From Copranaerobaculum intestinale (lineage in GTDB: Bacteria; Bacillota_I; Bacilli_A; Erysipelotrichales; Erysipelotrichaceae): a stretch of 32,000 bases of DNA. The DNA lies in contig NZ_WUUQ01000001.1 of the NCBI RefSeq assembly GCF_009831105.1, forward strand, positions 720,001 through 752,000, in the 5' to 3' direction. The position numbers and the translations under genes are program-made. The notes beneath the pieces are model-generated. The model was not told the DNA's origin and did not search any database. It was given only the letters and a program-made list of their open reading frames with translations. Position 1 is the stretch's first letter; the number at the start of each line of letters is the position of its first letter. Positions 24,670 through 32,000 of this stretch are shown piece after piece.

Positions 24670-25866
24670 ATGGCAATTGAATTGGCATTAGAAGGAAAAC
24701 TGGAGGATGGGCAGGATCAGGAAGCCTTTTTCGATTATTTAAAAGCATTGGCAGAAAAGAACAATATGCAGTATCGAGAATATCAGGACAGTGCGGTCAT
24801 GGAAGTATGTCCGGAAGGTATGATCGAGTGTTCACTGGAAAATGAATTTATCAGCATTCAGGCAGAGACCAATGCGGCCGGTCCGGGGTTTCATGCGTTT
24901 GTGGCAAATCTGTATGATGATATTTTGATGAACAGCGGACTGGCTTTTGAGGTATATGACACAACCGAATATTATGAAAAACGTGATTTTGAAAACTTAA
25001 AGCAAAATCATTTTCATCGCTGGCTGGAGGAAATAACGACATTTATCAAAGAACGGGAAGAGCCGCAGGATCTTTGTATTGCCTGGGGGATGCATGCGTA
25101 CATCCCGAAATCTAAGCAGAACCATGTGGTAACACCTATGGGGTATCTATCGTATGAAGCATTTTCTTATGATCATATTGAAGAACTTGCAGAGCGCATC
25201 TTTATCTGGAATAAACCAGAACGTGATGCCGAGTTTTATCGAAATTGCGCGTTAAACTTGCTTTGGAAAGACTGTTATTATGACTATACTATGATGAATG
25301 AGGAAAGCACGAAGGCAGCCCAGCAGATTATCGACTATTTGGATGCGGCGTATCGTCTTGATCCTGATATGGAGCTGCCGACATCTGTGTATCATCAGCT
25401 GTGTAATTTATTGGGATGTGAAGCATGGATTCCGCGAGGTAAGGATGATGACAGGGGAATCGGATATCGCAAAGAGATCGTACAGTATCCCTTTCAAGAC
25501 TGGCTGATCCCAGCTTCGGGATTTTGTGAACGGTTTATTATGAGCCAGGAGGAATTGATTTTAAACGGCCCTTACCGAAACAGTGATGAGCCATGGAATT
25601 GGATGCTGCGGGCACAAGCGGTTTCGAAGCCGGAAGTGATCGAGCATCCGGACTTCCGAATTCTCAGTGGAGATATAACACTTACCGGCATTTATGAGAA
25701 TGGGGAAGGTTATGAAGGGATGCTGGTAATTGCCGAACGAGAAAACGATTATTTGAAGCTGAATATCCACTATCGTGAATCGGCCACAAAAGAGATTATT
25801 CTGGACTATTTGCGTGATTTAAGACATATTCAGGTGCGCGATTTATCGGATTCTGATAAGCATTAA
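24670..25866 (+). CDS. Hypothetical cytoplasmic protein, 398 aa, no recognised domain
   Basis: Strong AAGGAGG RBS with 6-nt spacing. A long ORF with codon usage like its neighbours. Acidic and rich in Trp/Tyr, with no TM segment or signal peptide. Confidence 0.7.
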   Translation: MAIELALEGKLEDGQDQEAFFDYLKALAEKNNMQYREYQDSAVMEVCPEGMIECSLENEFISIQAETNAAGPGFHAFVANLYDDILMNSGLAFEVYDTTEYYEKRDFENLKQNHFHRWLEEITTFIKEREEPQDLCIAWGMHAYIPKSKQNHVVTPMGYLSYEAFSYDHIEELAERIFIWNKPERDAEFYRNCALNLLWKDCYYDYTMMNEESTKAAQQIIDYLDAAYRLDPDMELPTSVYHQLCNLLGCEAWIPRGKDDDRGIGYRKEIVQYPFQDWLIPASGFCERFIMSQEELILNGPYRNSDEPWNWMLRAQAVSKPEVIEHPDFRILSGDITLTGIYENGEGYEGMLVIAERENDYLKLNIHYRESATKEIILDYLRDLRHIQVRDLSDSDKH

Positions 25867-25899
25867 AAAAGGAGATTGAATGTGAAATCTCCTTTTTTT
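25865..25899. terminator. Bidirectional rho-independent terminator between convergent genes
   Basis: AAAAAA-GGAGATT-gaatgtga-AATCTCC-TTTTTTT. It lies between the + gene ending at 25866 and the - gene ending at 25902. Confidence 0.8.
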
Positions 25900-25901
25900 A
25901 T

Positions 25902-27692
25902 TTAGTTGGTACCGGAATTATTTCCGACATCACTGCCGTTGTTATCAGGGGGTGTATCAGATCCATCATCTGGATTCTCAGGTGTATTGCCGCTGCCCGG
26001 ATCAGTCGGTGTATTTTGATCACCGTTATTCGGGGTTTCTGGATTTGAAGGTTCTTCACTTGGCGTCGTAGGCTGCGTTGTTGGTGTTTCCGGTTCTGCC
26101 GGTGTATTATCGGCATAAGCGGAGGTATCACTGCCGGCCCAGGTAATTCCTTTTGGCGGCGTTAAGCGATTCTTATTCAGATTCTGTAAATCAAAACCAA
26201 ACTTTTTAAAGTTCATGGAACTGTTCAGCTCCGCATATTTATCAAGCACTTTCTGAATATCATCATAATTTAACAGATAGACGTAGAGTGGCTGAGCACC
26301 ATAGCTTGCTGTCATCAGCATACCATCTGAACCATTTGACAAGGTAATGGAATCAAATGACCATTTCTTCAGGTGATCCAATTGATAAGAAATAAAATTC
26401 GTAATCTGATCCATCGGCATATTTGTCTTGATCAGATTCGGTAATATATCAAGCAGCTTATTGGCATTAGAAACGCTGGCAATCGAAATCAGCTTATTGA
26501 CAACACCCTCAATTACTTTTTGTTGTGCCTCGGTACGCTGGATATCGGTATAAGAATGACGATGGCGTGCTAAGGCCAAAGCCTGTTTACCATTCAGCTT
26601 TTGTTTTCCGGGATTTAAACAAATTAAATCTTTTGCTTCAAAGCTGCGGTTTTCATCCTGCTCACAGAATGAGATCGGAACATCGACCTCAATACCGCCG
26701 ATTGCATCGATGATATCAATGACCGAAGTGAAGCTCATTTTCACATAGAAATCGATATCGATGCCAAGGACCTGTTCCATTGCCTCTACGGTATTTTCCG
26801 GTCCGTCATTTCCGGTATGCGTCAATTTGTCATTCACATTTCCAAGGGCTGGATTCGGCACAAAGGAATCACGGGGAATGGATATCATTTCAATATGATT
26901 GGACTGCGGTGATACGACCAGCAGCATATTGACATCACTGCGGGTATTCTGGTCAGGGGATCCTACATCATCAATACCGGTCAAGTAGACTGTGAAGGTT
27001 TCATAACGAATATCTTTTTTACTCGTGGATACCTGATTTTTCTGTTTCATCACATACCGTTTGATAATTTTCGTGCCATTTGTATAGACTTCATTATCCT
27101 CGATGTATTGGGTATATTTATTTTCGGGCATGATAATCGCATCGGCTTCCCCGTTCAGCAATGCAGTCATCATCGAGCTGTAATCCTCATAGGAGGTATA
27201 CTCTGCCCCGCTTAAGGTTTTTTCTGCTTTCAGTTTTTTCTTCGCAAAAGTACTGACAGCTTTATCGTTGCCGGTTTGAAGCGCAATTTTTGAATTACTC
27301 AAATCACTGATCTTTGAGATGGAAGCATCATTCTTTGTGATCACCGCAATACTAATGCGTGAATAAAGCTCGGCTGTGGTCACCTTTTTTGTAGTCTGTT
27401 CGGCTTTGCCGATCAGAAAACCGGTATAAGCGAGCAGACCGCATAAAATCACAATAAAAACACGCTTACACCACATGATCCATTTTTTGATGCGGATAAA
27501 ATTTAACAGCATCAAAATTGCCCAAATTAAGACGAATATCAGCAATAATACAAGCATCCATTTCGTCGGCAGGATCGCGAATGTATATAACCGAAAGTAG
27601 AAGAATCCCATGAATCCAAGCAGAATCAGGGTCAATAGGAAATCCCAGATATATTTTCTAATAATCTTTTTAACAGGGTGTTTTTCTTTCAT
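25902..27692 (-). CDS. LCP (LytR-CpsA-Psr) family cell-wall glycopolymer transferase, paralog A, with a Pro/Thr/Asn/Asp-rich C-terminal tail
   Basis: 3 N-terminal TMs, then LCP core blocks (RSDVNMLLVV...ISIPRDS, LTHTG, INGKQALALARHRHSY). Low-complexity tail of about 85 aa. Confidence 0.9.
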   Translation of the reverse strand: MKEKHPVKKIIRKYIWDFLLTLILLGFMGFFYFRLYTFAILPTKWMLVLLLIFVLIWAILMLLNFIRIKKWIMWCKRVFIVILCGLLAYTGFLIGKAEQTTKKVTTAELYSRISIAVITKNDASISKISDLSNSKIALQTGNDKAVSTFAKKKLKAEKTLSGAEYTSYEDYSSMMTALLNGEADAIIMPENKYTQYIEDNEVYTNGTKIIKRYVMKQKNQVSTSKKDIRYETFTVYLTGIDDVGSPDQNTRSDVNMLLVVSPQSNHIEMISIPRDSFVPNPALGNVNDKLTHTGNDGPENTVEAMEQVLGIDIDFYVKMSFTSVIDIIDAIGGIEVDVPISFCEQDENRSFEAKDLICLNPGKQKLNGKQALALARHRHSYTDIQRTEAQQKVIEGVVNKLISIASVSNANKLLDILPNLIKTNMPMDQITNFISYQLDHLKKWSFDSITLSNGSDGMLMTASYGAQPLYVYLLNYDDIQKVLDKYAELNSSMNFKKFGFDLQNLNKNRLTPPKGITWAGSDTSAYADNTPAEPETPTTQPTTPSEEPSNPETPNNGDQNTPTDPGSGNTPENPDDGSDTPPDNNGSDVGNNSGTN

Positions 27693-27916
27693 ATAATCAC
27701 CTCAAGTATATATTATAACCTAATATCTATTGATTACAGAAGAATAATTAATTATTTCACATATTTTAACAAATTCAAGCAAATACCTATTTGTCAGCTT
27801 ATGGACTGCTTTTAGGTAGAATCAGGTGAAATATGAGGAACATGAATAACCGATGATTGGATGGAACATCGTTACAAAGAGAACGAAAAGATTTCCTGTT
27901 TATTTTCCATCCATAA

Positions 27917-27943
27917 CACAAAAAAACCCGCTAATGCGGGTTT
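27917..27943 (-). terminator. Rho-independent terminator of LCP paralog B, overlapping its stop codon
   Basis: On the minus strand: AAACCCGC-atta-GCGGGTTT followed by TTTT. The TAG stop (27931-27933) lies at the stem-loop junction of the hairpin (27931 is the last stem base, 27932-27933 are in the loop). Confidence 0.75.
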
Positions 27944-29508
27944 TGTGCCTGATCAGACCAGACAATATTGGAATCCATAGAGGATTTCGGTGTGTTTGCA
28001 TAAAGATCCTGCAAATCAAAGTTGAAAGCTTTCATCTTACCGCGATTTTCTGCACCCTTGTATGCATCACGCACCTGATTGATCTCGGTTTTATTAAACA
28101 GATATACATCCTGCGGCCAATCGGCGATGCTGGCAGTCATGCGGGTATCGAATGCCCCCTTATCCAGATAAATACTGCGGATCGTCCAATTTTTCTTGCC
28201 TTCCAGCTGTGCGGAGGCAAAATTTGAAATCTGATCACTGGATAAATTGGTAGATGCATATTTGGATACGGTATCTAAAAGGTCATCCAACTTGGAAATG
28301 CCGGAAAGCGACATTGCTTTTTTCATCATGCCTTTCATAACCTGCTGCTGCGCTTGGTTTCTTCCTAAATCCTGGTTGACGTAGCTGTGCCGATGGCGGG
28401 CAAAGGCCAGCGCCTGTTTGCCGTTCAGTTTTTGTTCGCCGGCATTTAAGCAGATCAGATCATCTTGTTCAAAACTGCGGTTTTCATCCTGTTCGCAAAA
28501 AGATATCGGAACATTGACAGTGATGCCGCCCAGCTTGTTCACAATACTGATGACCGAACTAAAACTGATTTTAACATAATAATCGATTGAAAAGCCCAAT
28601 AGATTTTCTGCGCTTTTTAAGACATCGTTAAGACTGTACATGCCTGTATGCGTCAGCTTGTCATTGGCATTATCGGCTTCATAGTTGGGAATATATCCAT
28701 CCCGGGGAATGGATACCATCGTGATGTTTTGCGCTTTTGGCTCGACGATCATCAGGATATTGACGTCGCTGTGAAGATCCAGGTTCGGGTCACCTACTTC
28801 ATCGATGCCGGTAACATAGAAGGTAAAGACTTCATTATTAATATCTTTGGATGAACCTGCGATATTTTTCCGTTTATATGTATAAGTAGTCAGCGTTTTT
28901 GTCTTTGCTTTCAGATCGGGTATGCTGTCAGCAGCGGCGCGATAACGGCTGTTTGAGATAGCGACCGCATCCAGTCCTCCGTCCATCAGCTTCTGAAGCA
29001 GGGCGGTATAGTCACTGTCTTCTTCAAATTCGATTCCGGAGGCAGCTTTGTTTAACTGCTTCTTGGCATAGACGCCGTTTGTTTTATCTGTTCCGTTTTG
29101 AATGCCGACCGTCTTGTCTCTTAAATCCGCATCCGTTTTCATTTTAGCACTCTTTGCCACTAAAATGAGTACCTGTTCTTCGGTAGTCGCCGGGGCAGAG
29201 ATTTTATTAATTGCTTCCTTGGCTTTTTGTATGTAGATGCAGCCGATACCGACCACCGCACACAAGATGAGGACAAAGATGCGGCGCAGCAGTCTTGCCC
29301 ATACCGGCTGTCTCACAAAGATCGCAATGGTTAAAATCAGAAACAGCAATATATAGACAATCGCAATCACGATCATCCATGCCGAAGGGATCACTTTCCA
29401 GGTGAATCCCGAATATAGGAGTGCGATGCCAAAGATCAAAAACATCAGGGACAGCAGGAAATCCAGCTGTATGCCTTTGGACCGCGCCTTGTTACTTTCT
29501 TTTTTCAT
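27931..29508 (-). CDS. LCP (LytR-CpsA-Psr) family cell-wall glycopolymer transferase, paralog B
   Basis: Same architecture as paralog A: 3 TMs, an inserted module and the LCP core. The block VPISFCEQDENRSFE..DLICLN.G.QKLNGKQALA.ARHRHSY is shared almost identically. Confidence 0.9.
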   Translation of the reverse strand: MKKESNKARSKGIQLDFLLSLMFLIFGIALLYSGFTWKVIPSAWMIVIAIVYILLFLILTIAIFVRQPVWARLLRRIFVLILCAVVGIGCIYIQKAKEAINKISAPATTEEQVLILVAKSAKMKTDADLRDKTVGIQNGTDKTNGVYAKKQLNKAASGIEFEEDSDYTALLQKLMDGGLDAVAISNSRYRAAADSIPDLKAKTKTLTTYTYKRKNIAGSSKDINNEVFTFYVTGIDEVGDPNLDLHSDVNILMIVEPKAQNITMVSIPRDGYIPNYEADNANDKLTHTGMYSLNDVLKSAENLLGFSIDYYVKISFSSVISIVNKLGGITVNVPISFCEQDENRSFEQDDLICLNAGEQKLNGKQALAFARHRHSYVNQDLGRNQAQQQVMKGMMKKAMSLSGISKLDDLLDTVSKYASTNLSSDQISNFASAQLEGKKNWTIRSIYLDKGAFDTRMTASIADWPQDVYLFNKTEINQVRDAYKGAENRGKMKAFNFDLQDLYANTPKSSMDSNIVWSDQAQNPH

Positions 29509-29680
29509 ACCGTTACCTCACAAGTATCCTTATTATAGTATAGATGCTTCATAAAAACGATAAAAAATTTTAAAAAGAATTATGTGATTCTCAAAATATT
29601 CACAAATATTTTTTACTGCTGCTTAGGATTACGGAAGCAATTCACTTGAAAGTATAGTATAATAAGGCGGAGGTGATTTG

Positions 29681-31876
29681 GTGTCGTTATTATCTACTTT
29701 AAATGAACAACAACGAGAGGCTGTCACCACCATAGACAGTCACGTACGCATCATTGCAGGTGCAGGGAGCGGAAAAACACGTGTCATAACGACCAGAATC
29801 GCTTATCTTCTGGAATCGTGCGGAGTTTATGCGCACCGCATCCTGGCGATAACCTTTACCAACAAGGCAGCCAATGAGATGAAAGAGCGGGTGCGAGCTA
29901 TTTTGGGGGATGCATCAGCCGGCATCCAGATTTCAACGATTCACTCATTTTGCGTACGTCTGCTTCGTGAGGATATTTATGAATTAGCATATCCGCGCAA
30001 TTTTACGATCGTAGGCAGCGATGATCAAAAGGCGATCCTTCGAGAAGCATATCGGGAACTCGATGTCGATGTGAAAACCTATAGCTTCAACAGTGTGCTC
30101 GGCTACATCAGTCAGAATAAGACTCATTTGGTCGATCCCGATCAGGCAAAGGATTTTGCCAAAGATTGGCGGGGAGAACAGATAAAGGCTGAGGTATATG
30201 CATATTATCAGCGGCGGCTGAAAGCGATGTATGCCTTGGATTTTGATGATCTGTTGTTGTTTACTTATCAGCTTTTGAAAGATAATGAAGAAGTAAGACG
30301 TAAATGGCAGCGTCGTTTTCAGTTTATCCATGTAGATGAGTTTCAGGATGTTGATGAGCTGCAGTATGCGATTATCCGTTATCTGGTTGGTGATCACAGC
30401 TGGCTTTGCGTAGTCGGTGATCCGGATCAGACGATATATACATGGCGGGGTGCACAGGTGGATATCATCATGAACTTTGAACGGGATTTTCCGGATTGTA
30501 AAACCATTGTGCTGAATGAGAACTATCGTTCTACTCCATCCATTCTGGCGGGTGCGAACTCGCTGATTAAAAACAATAAAAATCGGATCGATAAAGATTT
30601 GTTTACCCGCAAGGATGATACCGGAAAGATCATTCATTTTTCCGCAATCGATGAACAAAATGAACCGGTTTGGGTCAGTGCCAGAATTCGGGCACTTCAT
30701 GTTTCGGGCATCAGCTACCGAGATATTGCGGTACTGTATCGAAGCAACTATTTGTCCCGCTCGTTGGAGCGAACTCTTTTGGATGCTCAGATTCCCTATC
30801 GCATCTATGGCGGCATTCGGTTCTATGACCGCGCGGAAATTAAGGATTCGTTAAGCTATCTGCGGCTGCTGCTGGATGATAATCCGGCTCAGGATTTAGC
30901 TGTAAAACGCGTCATCAATGCCCCAAAACGCGGCATCGGTGCCAAGACGATGGAATTGATCGAACAAGGCGCAAAAGCTCATCAATCTACCTTGTATGCC
31001 TTTTTGAAAGAGGGACCGATCGCTCGGGGAAAAGCACAGACCTCAATTGACGAATTTGTTCGGGTGATCGAGGATTGCCGTGCCCAGCGTGAGGCGCTGT
31101 CAATATCCAGATTACTGGAAAAGGTAATTCAGGACAGCGGCTATCTGTTTTCTCTGGAACAGGATAAAGAAACAGAAAGAATTGAAAATATTAAGGAACT
31201 GATCAATGATATTGATCTTTTTGAACAGAATAATCCTGAGGGTACTTTGGATGAATACTTACAGATGATTTCATTATACACGGATAAGGAACAGGAAAAT
31301 ACCGGTGAATTTGTACAGCTGATGACGGTGCATGCCGCGAAAGGGCTGGAATTTAATCATGTATTTGTATACAGCTTGTGTGAGGGTATCTTCCCAAGTG
31401 AAAAATCCATCAGTGAAGGCGGAGAAAAAGCCTTGGAGGAAGAACGACGCTTGGCATACGTTGCGTTTACGCGTGCTCGCGAGCATTTATATTTATCAGA
31501 TTCTCAGGGGTACAGCTTTGTGCTGGATCGGGTAAAGCGCACCAGCCGATTTGTCCGTGAGATCGATGAAAATTACTTAGAGGATGTCGGATTGCCGCCG
31601 AAGGCAACAGCTCGTTCCTATGGGTATCGGGAAGAGGAAACGCCGTTTTCCTCACAGATGCATCAGCCGATGCCGGATTATATGCCGGATGAAGCATCTA
31701 TAAGACCGGCTAAAAAACGCGGAGGACCTATACGAAAAGGGGATCATGTGGTACACATTGCATTTGGTGAAGGGGTTGTCATCAATGTGAAAGAAGGTTT
31801 GGCTCAAATTGCATTTGACCGTAAGTACGGTATCAGAAAAATCATGGCTGATCATCCTTCACTCGCCAAAAAATAG
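29681..31876 (+). CDS. pcrA: ATP-dependent DNA helicase PcrA (UvrD/Rep superfamily 1)
   Basis: LNEQQREAV, Walker A AGAGSGKTRV, ITFTNKAANEM, VDEFQD, YRS, VHAAKGLEF and the C-terminal Tudor-like V.H..FG.G.V block. I prefer the GTG at 29681 (GGAGGTG at 29669-29675). A TTG at 29678 is also possible. Confidence 0.93.
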   Translation: MSLLSTLNEQQREAVTTIDSHVRIIAGAGSGKTRVITTRIAYLLESCGVYAHRILAITFTNKAANEMKERVRAILGDASAGIQISTIHSFCVRLLREDIYELAYPRNFTIVGSDDQKAILREAYRELDVDVKTYSFNSVLGYISQNKTHLVDPDQAKDFAKDWRGEQIKAEVYAYYQRRLKAMYALDFDDLLLFTYQLLKDNEEVRRKWQRRFQFIHVDEFQDVDELQYAIIRYLVGDHSWLCVVGDPDQTIYTWRGAQVDIIMNFERDFPDCKTIVLNENYRSTPSILAGANSLIKNNKNRIDKDLFTRKDDTGKIIHFSAIDEQNEPVWVSARIRALHVSGISYRDIAVLYRSNYLSRSLERTLLDAQIPYRIYGGIRFYDRAEIKDSLSYLRLLLDDNPAQDLAVKRVINAPKRGIGAKTMELIEQGAKAHQSTLYAFLKEGPIARGKAQTSIDEFVRVIEDCRAQREALSISRLLEKVIQDSGYLFSLEQDKETERIENIKELINDIDLFEQNNPEGTLDEYLQMISLYTDKEQENTGEFVQLMTVHAAKGLEFNHVFVYSLCEGIFPSEKSISEGGEKALEEERRLAYVAFTRAREHLYLSDSQGYSFVLDRVKRTSRFVREIDENYLEDVGLPPKATARSYGYREEETPFSSQMHQPMPDYMPDEASIRPAKKRGGPIRKGDHVVHIAFGEGVVINVKEGLAQIAFDRKYGIRKIMADHPSLAKK

Positions 31877-32000
<124 letters not shown>

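Noticed and set aside
27693-27930. The 238-nt gap between the two LCP genes, and the 124-aa + strand ORF at 27853-28227, considered as a possible hidden gene or RNA.
   Set aside because: The + ORF mostly runs antisense through the LCP-B coding region and across its terminator, and it has no RBS. The gap is explained by the LCP-B terminator plus the LCP-A promoter and leader.

Overview
This 32 kb window looks like an ordinary chromosomal segment of a low-GC Gram-positive bacterium (Bacillota). GGAGG-type ribosome-binding sites, translationally coupled operons and intrinsic terminators support this. The gene content resembles a gut anaerobe such as Erysipelotrichia or Clostridia, but I cannot determine the taxon from the sequence alone.

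I support 30 protein-coding genes, 27 on the + strand. I see no rRNA, tRNA, CRISPR array, transposase, integrase or prophage signature.

Gene order along the window:
- a YtrA-type GntR regulator with an ABC ATPase and an ABC-2 permease
- a cytoplasmic PAS-GGDEF diguanylate cyclase
- a PfkB sugar kinase
- a PRD-regulator operon: EIIA, EIIB and EIIC of the ascorbate (SgaT/UlaA) family, a small helical protein, a class II ketose-bisphosphate aldolase and a P-loop kinase
- gpmA
- an FtsX/MacB-type permease, an ABC ATPase and a secreted arylsulfate-sulfotransferase-like protein
- a PHP phosphoesterase, a membrane protein with a degenerate M28-like signature, and cardiolipin synthase
- an ArsR regulator with a nitroreductase
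- a patatin-like lipase flanked by decayed non-coding DNA
- a SAM methyltransferase (- strand)
- an AlaX-like editing protein
- a lipoprotein followed by a 398-aa protein of unknown function
- two tandem LCP (LytR-CpsA-Psr) paralogs (- strand)
- pcrA and the 5' end of ligA

I found no recognisable anti-phage, toxin-antitoxin or mobile system, and I cannot point to one clear undescribed system. These are the observations I consider worth following up:
1. The MacB/FtsX-type ABC and arylsulfotransferase-like unit, with an unusual palindrome and direct-repeat operator cluster upstream.
2. An orphan SgaT-family PTS locus lacking the ascorbate (Ula) enzymes, together with a 26-nt motif shared by two of its promoters.
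3. The PHP, degenerate M28-like and Cls operon.
4. The LCP paralogs, which carry three transmembrane helices and a solute-binding-protein-like insert.
5. The 398-aa unknown protein, which is expressed only by reading through a terminator.

All functional calls come from motif recognition by eye. No searches were run.
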